A stretch of 64,000 nt of DNA from Candidatus Poribacteria bacterium (GTDB lineage Bacteria; Poribacteria; WGA-4E; JAJDTR01): the NCBI GenBank assembly GCA_965222225.1, contig CBDCTK010000002.1, forward strand, positions 1,664,001 through 1,728,000. Direction: 5' to 3'. This document shows positions 29,580 through 40,936 of this stretch, piece after piece. Position numbers and translations under genes: made by a program. The notes under the pieces were generated by a model, which was not told the origin of the DNA, made no database searches, and saw nothing but the letters and a program-made list of their open reading frames with translations. Each line of letters begins with the position of its first letter. Positions within the stretch are counted from its first letter, which is position 1.

Positions 29580-30020
29580 ATGCCAATTATTCTAGGATTA
29601 GACGTTGGCGATGTACGGATTGGGGCGGCAATTAGTGATGAACTCGGGTTTGCGGCTCATCCGCTCTGCACAATCACACGGAAAAATCGTAAAACGGACT
29701 TGGCGGTGATATGTGACTTAATCAATACCCATCAGGTTGATGCGGTTGTCATTGGGCTTCCGTTGATGCTCAGTGGAGAAATTGGCATACAAGCAGAGAA
29801 AGTTCAGAAATTCGCGAACCGTCTGAAGCAAGAGGCGCGTATTCCAATTCATTTGAGGGATGAACGACTGACCACAGTTGAAGCGGATGATATTTTAAGG
29901 GAAGTTGGAAAACCGCGTAAGAAGCGGCGACATGTAATTGACCAAGTTGCTGCGGTGGTCATTCTTAATGAGTATTTGAACGATGTTCGTGAATTAAAAA
30001 GCGATAATCACCATCCTTAG
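29580..30020 (+). CDS. ruvX: Holliday junction resolvase-like protein RuvX/YqgF
   Basis: LGLDVGDVRIGAAISD, GLP, DERLTT, IDQVAA. Confidence 0.93.
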   Translation: MPIILGLDVGDVRIGAAISDELGFAAHPLCTITRKNRKTDLAVICDLINTHQVDAVVIGLPLMLSGEIGIQAEKVQKFANRLKQEARIPIHLRDERLTTVEADDILREVGKPRKKRRHVIDQVAAVVILNEYLNDVRELKSDNHHP

Positions 30021-30075
30021 GATTGGGTTGTTTCTATTTGCTGCGTTCAAGGAAGCATCTCGCGACAGTAGGCAC

Positions 30076-31089
30076 ATGATACCCCACATTTCGCGTCTTA
30101 CGATTCTCGTATCTTGTTGCCTCGCGATTGTGGGCATTATCCTCGCTCTGATTTTAGCCCCCTATCTGACCTCGAAAGAGTTAGCTTTAGAGCCCAAGGA
30201 GATACGAATTGCTCCAGGCACGAGCACAAAATCAATCGCGAAGCAACTTGCGGATGAGAGTATCATTCGTAGTTCTCTACTATTTGAAGTGGTAGCTTAC
30301 TTTGAAGGCGCCAGCCGTTACTTGCAAGCGGGGACCTATGAGTTAAGCGCCGCGATGAGTCCTCGCGAGATTATTCATCAACTCAAAGCAGGGAAGGTCG
30401 TTCATCGGCATTTTGTGGTGCCGGAAGGGCTAACCGTGGCGCAAATCGCTCAACTCTTCGAGGACGAAGGATTTGGAACCGCAGAATCATTTAACCGTGC
30501 GGCTCGTGATTTACAGTGGCAAAAGCGGTACGGCATTGAAGTGAACAGCTTGGAAGGATATCTTTTCCCGAATACCTACAAATTGGTCGATGGAATCGCC
30601 GCCGCCAAAGTTATCAAGATGATGCTCGACGAGTTTAATCGACATTGGACTCGCGAACGAACCCAGGAAGCGGAGTCGATAAATTTTTCTCCACAAGAAA
30701 TCATTACCCTTGCCTCAATCATCGAAAAGGAAGCGAAGATTGACAGCGAGCGACCGTTAATCTCGGCTGTATTTCACAACCGATTGAAACGTGGCTGGAA
30801 ACTTGAGGCAGATCCGACAGTTCTATATGCGTTAGGTAATCCACCGCGCGCATTAACTACACGGGATCTCAAATTTGATTCGTCGTACAATACCTATGTT
30901 AATCGTGGCTTGCCGCCGGCACCTATCTGTAATCCGGGGTTGGCTTCAATAATCGCGGCATTAAGACCGGTTGAGAGTTCTCATCTCTATTTCGTGGCAA
31001 TCGGTGATGGAAAACATTATTTCTCCAATACTCTGGCAGAACATAACAGAGTAGTTCGCAGAATTAGACGGAATGCGAACCGAGGCTAA
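30076..31089 (+). CDS. mltG: Endolytic transglycosylase MltG
   Basis: LEGYLFPNTY, LASIIEKE, YNTY..GLPP.PICNPG. Confidence 0.93.
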   Translation: MIPHISRLTILVSCCLAIVGIILALILAPYLTSKELALEPKEIRIAPGTSTKSIAKQLADESIIRSSLLFEVVAYFEGASRYLQAGTYELSAAMSPREIIHQLKAGKVVHRHFVVPEGLTVAQIAQLFEDEGFGTAESFNRAARDLQWQKRYGIEVNSLEGYLFPNTYKLVDGIAAAKVIKMMLDEFNRHWTRERTQEAESINFSPQEIITLASIIEKEAKIDSERPLISAVFHNRLKRGWKLEADPTVLYALGNPPRALTTRDLKFDSSYNTYVNRGLPPAPICNPGLASIIAALRPVESSHLYFVAIGDGKHYFSNTLAEHNRVVRRIRRNANRG

Positions 31090-31141
31090 GGAAGGAAATT
31101 CAAGAATTTTGAAGCAGAATAGAACTAACTCTGGCGCGGAC

Positions 31142-32425
31142 ATGCAACAAACCGTGCAGAATGAATGTACGATTTCCGGACACGGTTTGATGTTCGGTGA
31201 GTTTGTTGAATTGACGCTCCGACCGGCGCCTCCCAATTCCGGGGTTGTCTTTCGACGGACAGATTTGCCCGATACGCCCGAGATTCGCGTCTGCCCAGAG
31301 AACTATGGCACTGTCGTCCCGCGTTGTACTAGCGTACAAGAGGGCGATGCGGTCGTCAATAGCGTCGAACATATTTTGTCAGCTCTCGCTGGACTTGGAA
31401 TTGATAATGTGAAGGTTGATATCAGCTCTTCCGAGCCGCCAGCGCTTGATGGGAGTGCCTTGCTCTATGTAAATCTCATCAAAAAAGGCGGTACCGCTCA
31501 ACAGGAAGTCCCTCGCAGCTATATCGAATTTGAAGAGCCGTTCGCCATTCATGAAGCGGATAGGCAAATCGTACTGCTACCCTCCGATTCATTACAGTTC
31601 TCCTTTGTCTACGACCATCCACAGATTCCGGCGCAAATTGGCACGTTTAGGATTGACCCTGAAACGTACGCCAAGGAGATTGCTCCGGCGCGCAGCTTTT
31701 GTTTCGCGGACGAGATCGACCTGCTAAAAAGCCAAGGGATTGGGAAGGGCGCATCTTACGACAACGTTGTCGTCGTTGAGGCAGATGGTAGCGCTAGCGA
31801 CTCGCTGCGATTTGAGGATGAATTTGTTAGGCACAAAATACTAGATTTGATTGGGGACCTGTACCTAGCGGGCCGCGGCCTCCGAGCTAATGTAATCGCG
31901 CTGCGAACGGGGCACACGCTGCATACGGAGCTCGTACTATCCTTAGCCGAAAAGGGATTCATCAACGGAGAGGCGCTTGAGCCTGTTGAAGCTCAGGAAA
32001 TCTACGGAGTCCTACCGCACCGCTATCCGATGTGCATGATCGATCGAGTGATCCACTTTGAAAGCGGGAAGCGTGCAGTTGGTCTTAAGAATCTGACATA
32101 TAACGAACAGTTCTTCCAAGGACATTTTCCGCAACAGCCTGTTATGCCAGGTGTACTCCAGATGGAAGCACTAGCCCAACTTGCTGCATGGTTGTTACTG
32201 CACGACTACGGCGCCGAAGGGCAGCTTGGATACTTCGCTACCATCAAGGAGGCGAGATTTCGCCGTCCGGTGATACCAGGCGATCAGCTAAGATTGGAAG
32301 TTGAGGTGCTGCGCGGACGCAAGACATTAGCCCGCATCGGCGGCAAAGCCTATGTTGGCGACGAGCTTGCCACGGAGGGCGAACTGACAATCGTGCTTGA
32401 CAAAACACGGGCTGAGGAGAGATAG
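31142..32425 (+). CDS. lpxC: Bifunctional LpxC-FabZ
   Basis: VEHILSAL, HKILDLIGDL, then LPHRYP..GHFP..PVMPGVL. Confidence 0.93.
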   Translation: MQQTVQNECTISGHGLMFGEFVELTLRPAPPNSGVVFRRTDLPDTPEIRVCPENYGTVVPRCTSVQEGDAVVNSVEHILSALAGLGIDNVKVDISSSEPPALDGSALLYVNLIKKGGTAQQEVPRSYIEFEEPFAIHEADRQIVLLPSDSLQFSFVYDHPQIPAQIGTFRIDPETYAKEIAPARSFCFADEIDLLKSQGIGKGASYDNVVVVEADGSASDSLRFEDEFVRHKILDLIGDLYLAGRGLRANVIALRTGHTLHTELVLSLAEKGFINGEALEPVEAQEIYGVLPHRYPMCMIDRVIHFESGKRAVGLKNLTYNEQFFQGHFPQQPVMPGVLQMEALAQLAAWLLLHDYGAEGQLGYFATIKEARFRRPVIPGDQLRLEVEVLRGRKTLARIGGKAYVGDELATEGELTIVLDKTRAEER

Positions 32426-32550
32426 GCACAGAAATCCCATCAAGTTGTCTACTTCGGATTAAACTCCGATAATCAGAGGTTTGTGATGCGTCTAACTTGT
32501 ATTGGGGGATAACTGTAGGCAGTGAGGGAATATCGGGGGAGGGTAGGTGA

Positions 32551-33342
32551 GTGAGCAAGATTCACCCAACCGCAATCATCTCACCAAAAGCAGAACTAGG
32601 AACGGATGTTGAGATTGGACCTTATTCAATCATCAATGACGAAGTACAGATTGGGGCTGGGACCGTCATTGGGCCACATGTGCAAATTGACAAATGGACA
32701 TCGCTTGGTGAACAGTGCCAGATCTACTTCGGCTGTACAATCGGAAATCCGTCCAAAGACTTGAAATACGGAGGTTGGCGCAGCTACACACGAGTCGGTG
32801 ACCGAAATGTGTTTCGCGAGTATGTCTCAATTTCCCGAGCAACCACCAGGGAGGGAGCCACTATCATCGGCGATGACAATCTGTTGATGAATTGGACGAA
32901 TATCGCGCACGATTCGGTTGTCGGAGATCGGACGATCATGGCTAATCTCGCTACCCTTGGCGGGCATGTCATCATTGAGGATGATGTTCGGATGGGAGCG
33001 CATTCAGCACTACATCCATTCGTCCGAGTAGGCAAGATGGCGATAGCTGGCAGCTGTTCAAAGTTCGTTAAAGACATTCCACCGTTCGCACTTTCAGATG
33101 GTCATCCTGCCCGTGTTCGCGGCTTGAATATTATTGGTCTAGGCACATCTGCCACAAACCCTCTGTCGTCACTCCCGCCCGAGACGATTCTATTGCTGAA
33201 AAGAGCCTACCGTATTCTGTTTCGCTCTAAACTTCCACTTCGGGAAGCGGTTAATCGCGTAAGAAAGGAGATTGAGTCTAATCCCGAAGTCAACCATCTC
33301 CTTGAGTTCATCGAAAATTCTCAACGTGGAATTGGAATTTAG
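32551..33342 (+). CDS. lpxA: UDP-N-acetylglucosamine acyltransferase
   Basis: IHPTAII hexapeptide repeats, DLKY, IAHD, C-terminal RGI. Confidence 0.93.
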   Translation: MSKIHPTAIISPKAELGTDVEIGPYSIINDEVQIGAGTVIGPHVQIDKWTSLGEQCQIYFGCTIGNPSKDLKYGGWRSYTRVGDRNVFREYVSISRATTREGATIIGDDNLLMNWTNIAHDSVVGDRTIMANLATLGGHVIIEDDVRMGAHSALHPFVRVGKMAIAGSCSKFVKDIPPFALSDGHPARVRGLNIIGLGTSATNPLSSLPPETILLLKRAYRILFRSKLPLREAVNRVRKEIESNPEVNHLLEFIENSQRGIGI

Positions 33343-34142
33343 GAGAGTGTTCACACAAAGATAGATAAGGCAATCTTCTGATACCGACGGAAGACCTCTT
33401 GGTCGGTCAAAGCAGTCCATAACTTCATGGCATTGTCCACCATCTCAAGTTTCTTGGATACTATTTTGGTGCGGCGTGTGAATCGTCCAAGATGATGGCG
33501 TGTATTGCTGTTATCACGTTCGACTGTTGCTGTCCCTGATTTCCCGATGTGATGACGCTCCGCAGGAAGTACCTTGGCAAACGCTTCCCAATTGTCAGTG
33601 TAATACTGGCAGTCACTTAAGTGTTTCACTTTGTCGAATAGCCGTCTGAAGGTATCAGCATCACGACCACCGATAACCCAGGCAACGGTTTTGCTTGTTT
33701 CACGAGAAACTGCTTTGTGAATCCATCTTTTGTTTTTTTTGACCCGATAAAATGCCACATCTCATCAAATTCCAATTCACGGGTATTGATTGGAATCTCA
33801 GGCTCCGACAACAGGGCTGCTTCCTTTGCAAGCCATTTTTGAACAGTACTTGGCGATACATTAAACAAGTTGCCAATAGTGCCATAAGATGCTTTTGCAA
33901 GCGAGTAGAGAATTACTGCAAAAGCACGCTTGATGGTGGTTTGAGGGTTGGTTCTCTCGTCTCCCTCAACGAAATTATAACCGCACGTTTTACAACGGTA
34001 TCGCTGTTTGGAACGAACGAATCCGTTTTTCGTGACTTCCGAACTATGACAGTTCTTACAGTTTGACATAATATCTCCTTCCTGACCTTTCTGGTTAGTT
34101 AGAAGAATTATATCATAAATCTATCTATATGGCAATACTCTC
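33343..34142 (-). mobile_element. IS1-family insertion sequence (800 bp)
   Basis: Imperfect TIRs GAGAGTGTT..GATAGAT / ATCTATC..AATACTCTC; 8-bp target duplication GAATTTAG (33335-33342, 34143-34150). Confidence 0.9.
33351..34069 (-). CDS. IS1 transposase InsA/InsB joined by programmed -1 frameshift
   Basis: InsA Zn finger + HTH (33626-34069), InsB YTD..ER.N..RH (33351-33758); A8C slippery tract near 33732-33740. Confidence 0.88.
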
Positions 34143-34380
34143 GAATTTAGTACACAGGTTCAGGTGAAATCTAGCAGCTTAGACCTCCACCAAGCTACGT
34201 TCCCACCTTCGTCCACACTGGCGTCGTTGAACGCGCCAATTCCCGCGGCTCAGCGATTTGTTGGTCGAAAACACGCCCCAGCATATGTAGAGTGCGTGAA
34301 TGCATGCCGAAATGCGCGAATCGTACTTTGCACTTAGCCCCCTTACCACATATTTGTCCATTCACTAACGGAGCAATACA

Positions 34381-35184
34381 TTGGAAAAACTCGGAATTAT
34401 CGCTGGCGCAGGAGAACTTCCGGTTCTGTTAGCTCAGGCTGCTATTGAGCAAGGTCGGACACCGTTTATTATTCAGGTGACAAAAACGCCATCTGAACAC
34501 CTTTCCCATATAGTGCCCGAGATTTATTCGTTTGGTGTTGGTCAGCTTCGGAAGATGACACGGACGTTGCTCGACTCAGGCGTAAGGGAAGTAGCGCTAA
34601 TTGGCAAAGTTCACAAGGGAATACTCCTTCGCCCCTTTCAGGTGGATCGGGTCGCGGCTAACATTCTCGCCACGACACGTCAGAAAGGCGCGGTTGCAAT
34701 CGTTTCGGCAATTATTGATTACTTGGAATCAAATGGGCTTCGCGTCATTGAGCAGCACCGATTTTTGAAGCAACTGCTGCCACCACCTGGTGTCCTTACT
34801 GAGAAACAGCCAACGGAAGCGCAATGGACGGATTTGAGGTATGCAATCATTCTTGCTCGGCAAATTGCAGACTTGAACATTGGACAGACAGTTGTTGTCA
34901 AGGATGGCATTCCTTTGGCAATTGAAGCGATTGAGGATACGAACGAGGCAATTCGGCGTGGCGGGAGACTCGGGAAGAAAGGAGTCGTGGTTGGAAAGGC
35001 TGCAAGTGTTTCTCACGATTTCCGAGTTGATGTGCCAACCGTAGGCATAGAGACCTTAACCGTACTACACGAAGTCCACGGCAACGTACTAGCGATAGAA
35101 GCAAACCGCACGTTTATCCTGGATCGGGAAGCGCTCTGTCGGCAGGCAGACCGCTGGAAGATTTGCATCGTGGCAGTGGAGTAG
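34381..35184 (+). CDS. lpxI: UDP-2,3-diacylglucosamine diphosphatase LpxI
   Basis: LGIIAGAGELP, IGQTVVV, AIEAIE.T, DVPTVG; downstream of lpxA. Confidence 0.9.
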   Translation: MEKLGIIAGAGELPVLLAQAAIEQGRTPFIIQVTKTPSEHLSHIVPEIYSFGVGQLRKMTRTLLDSGVREVALIGKVHKGILLRPFQVDRVAANILATTRQKGAVAIVSAIIDYLESNGLRVIEQHRFLKQLLPPPGVLTEKQPTEAQWTDLRYAIILARQIADLNIGQTVVVKDGIPLAIEAIEDTNEAIRRGGRLGKKGVVVGKAASVSHDFRVDVPTVGIETLTVLHEVHGNVLAIEANRTFILDREALCRQADRWKICIVAVE

Positions 35185-35256
35185 ATTCGCCGCAATAGAG
35201 ACCATGTCCACAACCTCTTCGGTGATGTCCTCCTCACGACACTGGAATAGGTTGGT

Positions 35257-36531
35257 TTATACCACGAAGCGAGGGTGGCCAAAGCCATCGTTAGCGACAT
35301 GGCTCCTGGCGGGGACCTCCGATTGATCCGGGATAATAAGGTCGATTGCGGAGGTATTCTCAATAATTGTGCTATCACCGACATGGACGCGCTTTCCAAG
35401 ACGAATCACGCCAGGTCGATTCGACTCGCTTTTTATGGTGCCGATGATAACCGATGAACCGATGCGGCACCCCTCCCCCATTTCGATAAATCCGTACATC
35501 TCAGTATTCGTACCGATGCTGGAGTAATCCCCAATTTTTACAGGTCCGAATATTCCCGCGTCTGTTCCTATCTGCACAAAATCACCGACAACAGGGTGGC
35601 GTTGCTTAACCTTGACGCTAAGTCCACCTAGCGTACACGGATAAATGGCGCATCCGGAACCGATGATACCGGTTTGGCCCGTCGTGATACCACGATGGGG
35701 ATGTTCTAGGAAATTTGCATCACCGATCCGGGTTTCAGGATGTAGGTCAGCTTGGTAGTAGCGTCCGCCCAGTTCGGCAAGCGCGCGCGGTAGGAGGGGC
35801 ACAGGAATTCGATGAAGATTAGGGCTATCGTCGATTCGCCCGGCGCGGGTCAACGCATGGGCAATGTCATGGTAAAAAAGGACGCGCCACCCGGGATAGG
35901 CACTCACAACCAATTGCATCTGGTAGTCAAAAGCGAAGCCTAGACTAAGAGAATTAAGAAAATCCTGATATGGTTCAAAGTCTCTCTCCACAATCGCTCT
36001 ATCTACGTGCGCACCGATATCGAGTTCGGCAAGTTTATCGTGGGAAACCCCGCGATGAAGAAGGTAAGCATCCCAGACAGCAGGATCTCTAAGCGAAGCA
36101 AAGCGATTCCACCTTGCCCGGATTTTCAAGCGTGGTAGGTCCCAGAGGAGCGCAAAAGTCGTCTCCAAGGCTTCTTCCAGTTGCGCTGACTCAGAAACCG
36201 CCAGAAAGGATTGGGCAATCATGGCATAAAGTTGGTCGACGACCTCTTCAATGGCTTCAGCCAGGTCCCGCTTCTGATACTGCGGATCGAGGGCATTGTG
36301 TGATCCCGGCGCAACGCATTCCAGCAAATTACCGAGAATTGTCTCCAGAATATCTCGATTGACAAACCCGCGCCCCGATCTCAAAGAGAGCATGTCGCGT
36401 TTAATGCTGTCGATTCGCAAGGCGCGGAGCTCTTCTTCGGTGTAAATGGGCCGAAGCCGGTCTAGCGTCTCGGTTAAAAGTCCACGCTTCCGCTTTTCAT
36501 AAGATTGTTCAAAGAGTGTTTTCTCAGCCAT
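35257..36531 (-). CDS. Serine O-acetyltransferase-like hexapeptide protein with long N-terminal extension
   Basis: DLHPETRIG..FLEH, TLGG...RHPVVGD.V.IG. Confidence 0.65.
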   Translation of the reverse strand: MAEKTLFEQSYEKRKRGLLTETLDRLRPIYTEEELRALRIDSIKRDMLSLRSGRGFVNRDILETILGNLLECVAPGSHNALDPQYQKRDLAEAIEEVVDQLYAMIAQSFLAVSESAQLEEALETTFALLWDLPRLKIRARWNRFASLRDPAVWDAYLLHRGVSHDKLAELDIGAHVDRAIVERDFEPYQDFLNSLSLGFAFDYQMQLVVSAYPGWRVLFYHDIAHALTRAGRIDDSPNLHRIPVPLLPRALAELGGRYYQADLHPETRIGDANFLEHPHRGITTGQTGIIGSGCAIYPCTLGGLSVKVKQRHPVVGDFVQIGTDAGIFGPVKIGDYSSIGTNTEMYGFIEMGEGCRIGSSVIIGTIKSESNRPGVIRLGKRVHVGDSTIIENTSAIDLIIPDQSEVPARSHVANDGFGHPRFVV

Positions 36532-36763
36532 ATCGTTTGAAGTGGTCAGTGACTAGTGAAACAAATTGATGCGTAAGGTTGATTTGAGCGTTTTTTGCTA
36601 TACAAAATTAGCTTCGACTTGCCACCGGAGATTGTAATGTGAAAAGGCGTGTAGCGTGGGAATCTTAACTCACAACCCTTTTCAGTTCCACAACCAAGAC
36701 GCATATCGAACATCAAGATGGATTGGGCTCTACTCCAGAGGAACACAATGTCTACAGACCAAT

Positions 36764-39333
36764 TTAGGACGCCCAATGGATTAAAGCTAACTCGTGTGGG
36801 TTATGCAGGTCATCATGACGCGGCAGTATGCGAACGGTATAACCGTGCAAACCCGTCTTGTAGGAAGATATCGCCCCTTCAAATAGGTGCGTTCCATCAT
36901 CCAGCCGTCCCCGAGATTCCATGGGGATTGCGTAATCGGCATTGATTTCGCCATCTTCATTGAGAGTTCCATGATAGATTTGAACGCAAACGTCGTCCGG
37001 GGATAGAGCGGCTAAATCAATATAACTTTTCACGCTTAGCTTCTCGCCAATCCCAATTTCAGATACCGGTACGTCTTAAACACCCTTAATTTTGATTCGC
37101 GACCAATGTTCTTGGAGGTAAGATTTCCAGTGCGCTAACGCCCTGCCCCGTTCTATATCGTCTCGATTCAATAGATTCCAACGTTGGTGAACAGGGAAAT
37201 AGCATTGGCTTGCATATTCGGACACCATGCGTTTCGTGTTGAAAATTGGCGAAAGGTTTCGCATCGCCAATTTCATCAGGTCAACCCAGCCATGGGGGAT
37301 TGTGTCTCTCCCGCGATCATAAAACAGCGGGACTACCTCCTTCTCAAGGATGTTGTAAACTGCCTCCGCGTCCACTTGGTCTTGAAATTTCCGTTCCTCG
37401 TACACCTCGCCTCTACCAATTGTCCATCCGCCACCCGATGGGTGTGCCTCTGCCCACCAGCCATCAAGGATGCTTAGATTCAGGCCTCCATTTGCAGCGA
37501 CTTTCATACCGCTAGTGCCACTGGCTTCCTGTGGCGGAAGAGGGTTGTTTAACCAAACATCGACACCCGCAACAAGATAGCGCGCGACGCAGATATCGTA
37601 GTCTTCAATGAACACTATCCTATGCCGAAAACAATCTTGAGCGGCGAACCTGCAGATTTCTTGAATCAAAAGTTTGCCCGCATGATCATGCGGGTGCGCT
37701 TTACCGGAGAAGATGATTTGTACCGGATGCTCCAGGTGGTTCAGAATTTTGTCCAAACGATCCGGATTCTGGAAAAGGAGCGTTGCTCGCTTATATGTTG
37801 CAAAACGTCGTGCGAAACCGATTGTCAGGATTTCCGGAACTAAAATCTCGCTAGTATTTTTAATTTCGGCGGCGGAGGCACTGGAGCGGATCAATTGGTC
37901 TCTTAGCTTTTGACGGACAAACGCCACGAGACGCTCGCGGTGGTGCTCATGGGTACGCCACAATTCAACGTCCGAGATGCCGTCAACCTGCGTCCAAACA
38001 GACTTTTCATCTACTAAATTCTGAATCCATCCTGGGCCGAGATATCGTGCAAACACACTCTGCATGTCGCCCGCAACCCATGAAGGAATATGGATACCAT
38101 TCGTAATAGAACGAATCGGGACTTCATTCTCCGGCAACCCGGGCCAAAGGTGATTCCACATACTGCGGGACACCTTTCCATGAACTTTACTAACTCCGTT
38201 GCTGTAAGCAGAAAGACGTAGCGCCAAGACTGTAGTACTAAACTCACTGTCACTGTCCGCAAAATTGTCTCTCCCCAAAGCAAGAAATTCTTCCCGCGAA
38301 ATACCAAGCGAAGAATAGTATCCCCCAAAGTAGTAATCGACAAGACCGGGCGGGAACCAATCAATCCCTGCGGGAACCGGCGTGTGAGTTGTAAATACGT
38401 TGCCTGCCGTTGCCGCCGCCCGGGCTTCTTCGAATGTAAGGTGCTGTTCCTCTATCAGGTGTCGAATTCGTTCGATAGCTAGAAACGCGGCATGTCCCTC
38501 ATTTATGTGGCATACAGTTGGACGGATTCCCCAGCTTGAGCAAGGCACGGAAGCCACCAACCCCTAGTAGTATCTCCTGTTTGATGCGTGTTTTTTCATC
38601 GCCTCCGTAGAGGTAGTTGGTGATATTTCTCAGCCCGGGATGGGTATTGTCAGGGATATTTGTGTCAAGGAGGTAGAGCGGAATCCTTCCAACCTGTATA
38701 CGCCATATCTGGGCATAGGCTTTTCCTTCCGGATAATCGACATCTACCATCACCGGTGAACCGTCGTCCTGACACTCCACCTGAATGGGCATGTTGTAGA
38801 AGTCATTCGGCGGATAATCCGCCATTTGCCAACCCTCGCGTTAGAATTTGGCGGAAATAGCCGTGTTGATAGAGCAATCCAACGCCGACCATTGGCAAAC
38901 CAACATAGCTTACCGACTTCAGGTAATCGCCCGCGAGAATCCCTAATCCACCGGAGTATATCGGTAAACATTCAGTGAGCCCAAATTCTGCCGAGAATTA
39001 CGCGATGGAAAGATTATCCAGATTCCTATCCCGGAGGTTCTTTTCGTAGGGCGAGGTTGCCGTCATATAATCCTGAAACTTCCGTACAACCAGATTCAGG
39101 TGGACAATAAACGCTTCGTCTCTTGCCAATGCGTCCAAACGTTCCTGCGGTATGATTCCGAGCATGTGGACCGGGTTGTGGTACGTTTTCTCCCAAAGAT
39201 CTGTATCAAGATGTCTAAAGAGTCTAATCGCTTCGTAATCCCAGGTCCACCAGAGGTTCAGCGCGAGTTCGCGTAACGGCTCCAGTTCAATCGGTAATGA
39301 AGGTATGATTGCAAATTGGCGAAGCGGTTTCAT
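36764..39333 (-). pseudogene. glgP: Alpha-glucan (glycogen) phosphorylase pseudogene
   Basis: LALNLWWTW, NEGHAAF, FARRFATYKRA, EASGTSGMK; in-frame TAA at 38998 and 37076; frameshifts near 38840 and 38530. Confidence 0.9.
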
Positions 39334-39593
39334 CTAAATTGTCCTATCAATAGGCAAAGAATTTATCAAGTTGGACAGATGTGGAGTCCATAAAAACTCT
39401 ACGTTTAGCGCTTCTCTACGTTTCAAAAAGCGACGGATCCCGCACACTGGTTGCCGGAGCGTGAACCTGGGTATCCGAGATTGATTCAGTAACTCAGAAT
39501 TGTCGGACGTCTACATTTTTCTGCTTTACCCGATGATTCCGTATCAACTATAATGCACTACGGAACGCAGCCATCCACATAAGGATAAACCAA

Positions 39594-40629
39594 ATGATAA
39601 AAGCACATCGTATCATCTTTTCGGGAAAATTGCAAGCGTGTCTAGAACATCATTCCTTTGAGGAAAACGCGGAGCATGAGAACGAGATTGTAATTGAAAC
39701 TGCCTTCTCCGCGGTTAGCTCAGGCTCGGAACTAGTGGCTTTCACGAATGATCGCGACATGGGTGTGATGCCGTATAGAATAAATACGGGCGAGCCGTAT
39801 CCGGCTTTTCCCGAATACGCTGCTGTCGGAACGATTGTCAATCTCGGCGATGGCGTGAAGGATTTTGACCTTGGAGATATGGTGTTCGTCGCCAAGGGCC
39901 ATGCCTCTCATCATCGCGTCTATGTGACAAAGATGTCGGTGATAAGGGTTCCGGAGGATGTTTTACCTCAGGAACGCGGTCTATGTTCGGTTCTGCGCAG
40001 TTAGTATGGCTACCCTCCGCACGACGGTGGCACGCCCGGGAGACGGTGTTGCGATTTTTGGTTTGGGGGTTGTCGGAACAATGGCAGCCCAGATATTTCA
40101 AGTTTCCGGATATGAGGTTATCGGTATTGACCCGCTAGATGCACGGTGCAAGCAGGAGGAATGTTGCGGTGTCCGTCATACACTGCTTCCAAGCGAAGAC
40201 CTGTCTAGACAATGAACACGTACGCTTGGGGGGACACGCCTTGCAAGTTAGCACTGGAGCAATCGGTACCCCACACACGCCACTCATGCCGCCGTACAAC
40301 TTGCGTCTACGGGCGCAGAAGTTGTGTTGGTAGGCGGACCGTGGAAACGAAGCGTGGCATTCAGTATGTCTGACCTGCTACAACCCCTCTTCTTGAAATA
40401 CCTGCACCTTCGCAGCGGTTGGGAATTGGAACTTCCCGAATTTCCAACTCCCTTCAGACACGGCAGCACTGCCCAGAACCTCCAGCACGCATTGAATCTG
40501 TTTGCGCGGGGACAAATCCAAGCTGCTCCTTTGCGGCCCCCGTTAGACGCGGAAACAGTCTTCCTGAGCTTATTGAACGAGAAGGAAACTTGTCATAGTG
40601 TTGTGTTTGATTGGAACAGCATCAAGTGA
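39594..40629 (+). pseudogene. Zinc-binding (MDR) dehydrogenase pseudogene
   Basis: SAVSSGSEL, GDGVAIFGLGVVG across three frames. Confidence 0.75.
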
Positions 40630-40936
40630 GGTTTGAGCCTGCGCGACTAATAGGAGAGGAAACCGTTGTCGTTCATTCGAGTTTCTACCAAGGAACACTG
40701 TTTCAAAGGGTTTACAAACTCCAACTCCAAGAAAAATTCCGCCTTTGAATGCCTGAACCAACCCTACTGTATCATACGTGTTACTTGCTGAAGAATCATT
40801 CCGACAGGAATAATGGCCTGCTATACACCTGTCGCCCCTCCAAGATTTTCAAAGGCTAGTTGAATCTTTATGGGAGTACTATCGCATTCGCTATTCGCTC
40901 ATTTGATCGGTCACCGGCTTTACGCTAGGATTTGGC

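Noticed and set aside
31142-32425. LpxC-FabZ fusion as a novelty
   Set aside because: Well known in Bacteroidota and several other phyla.
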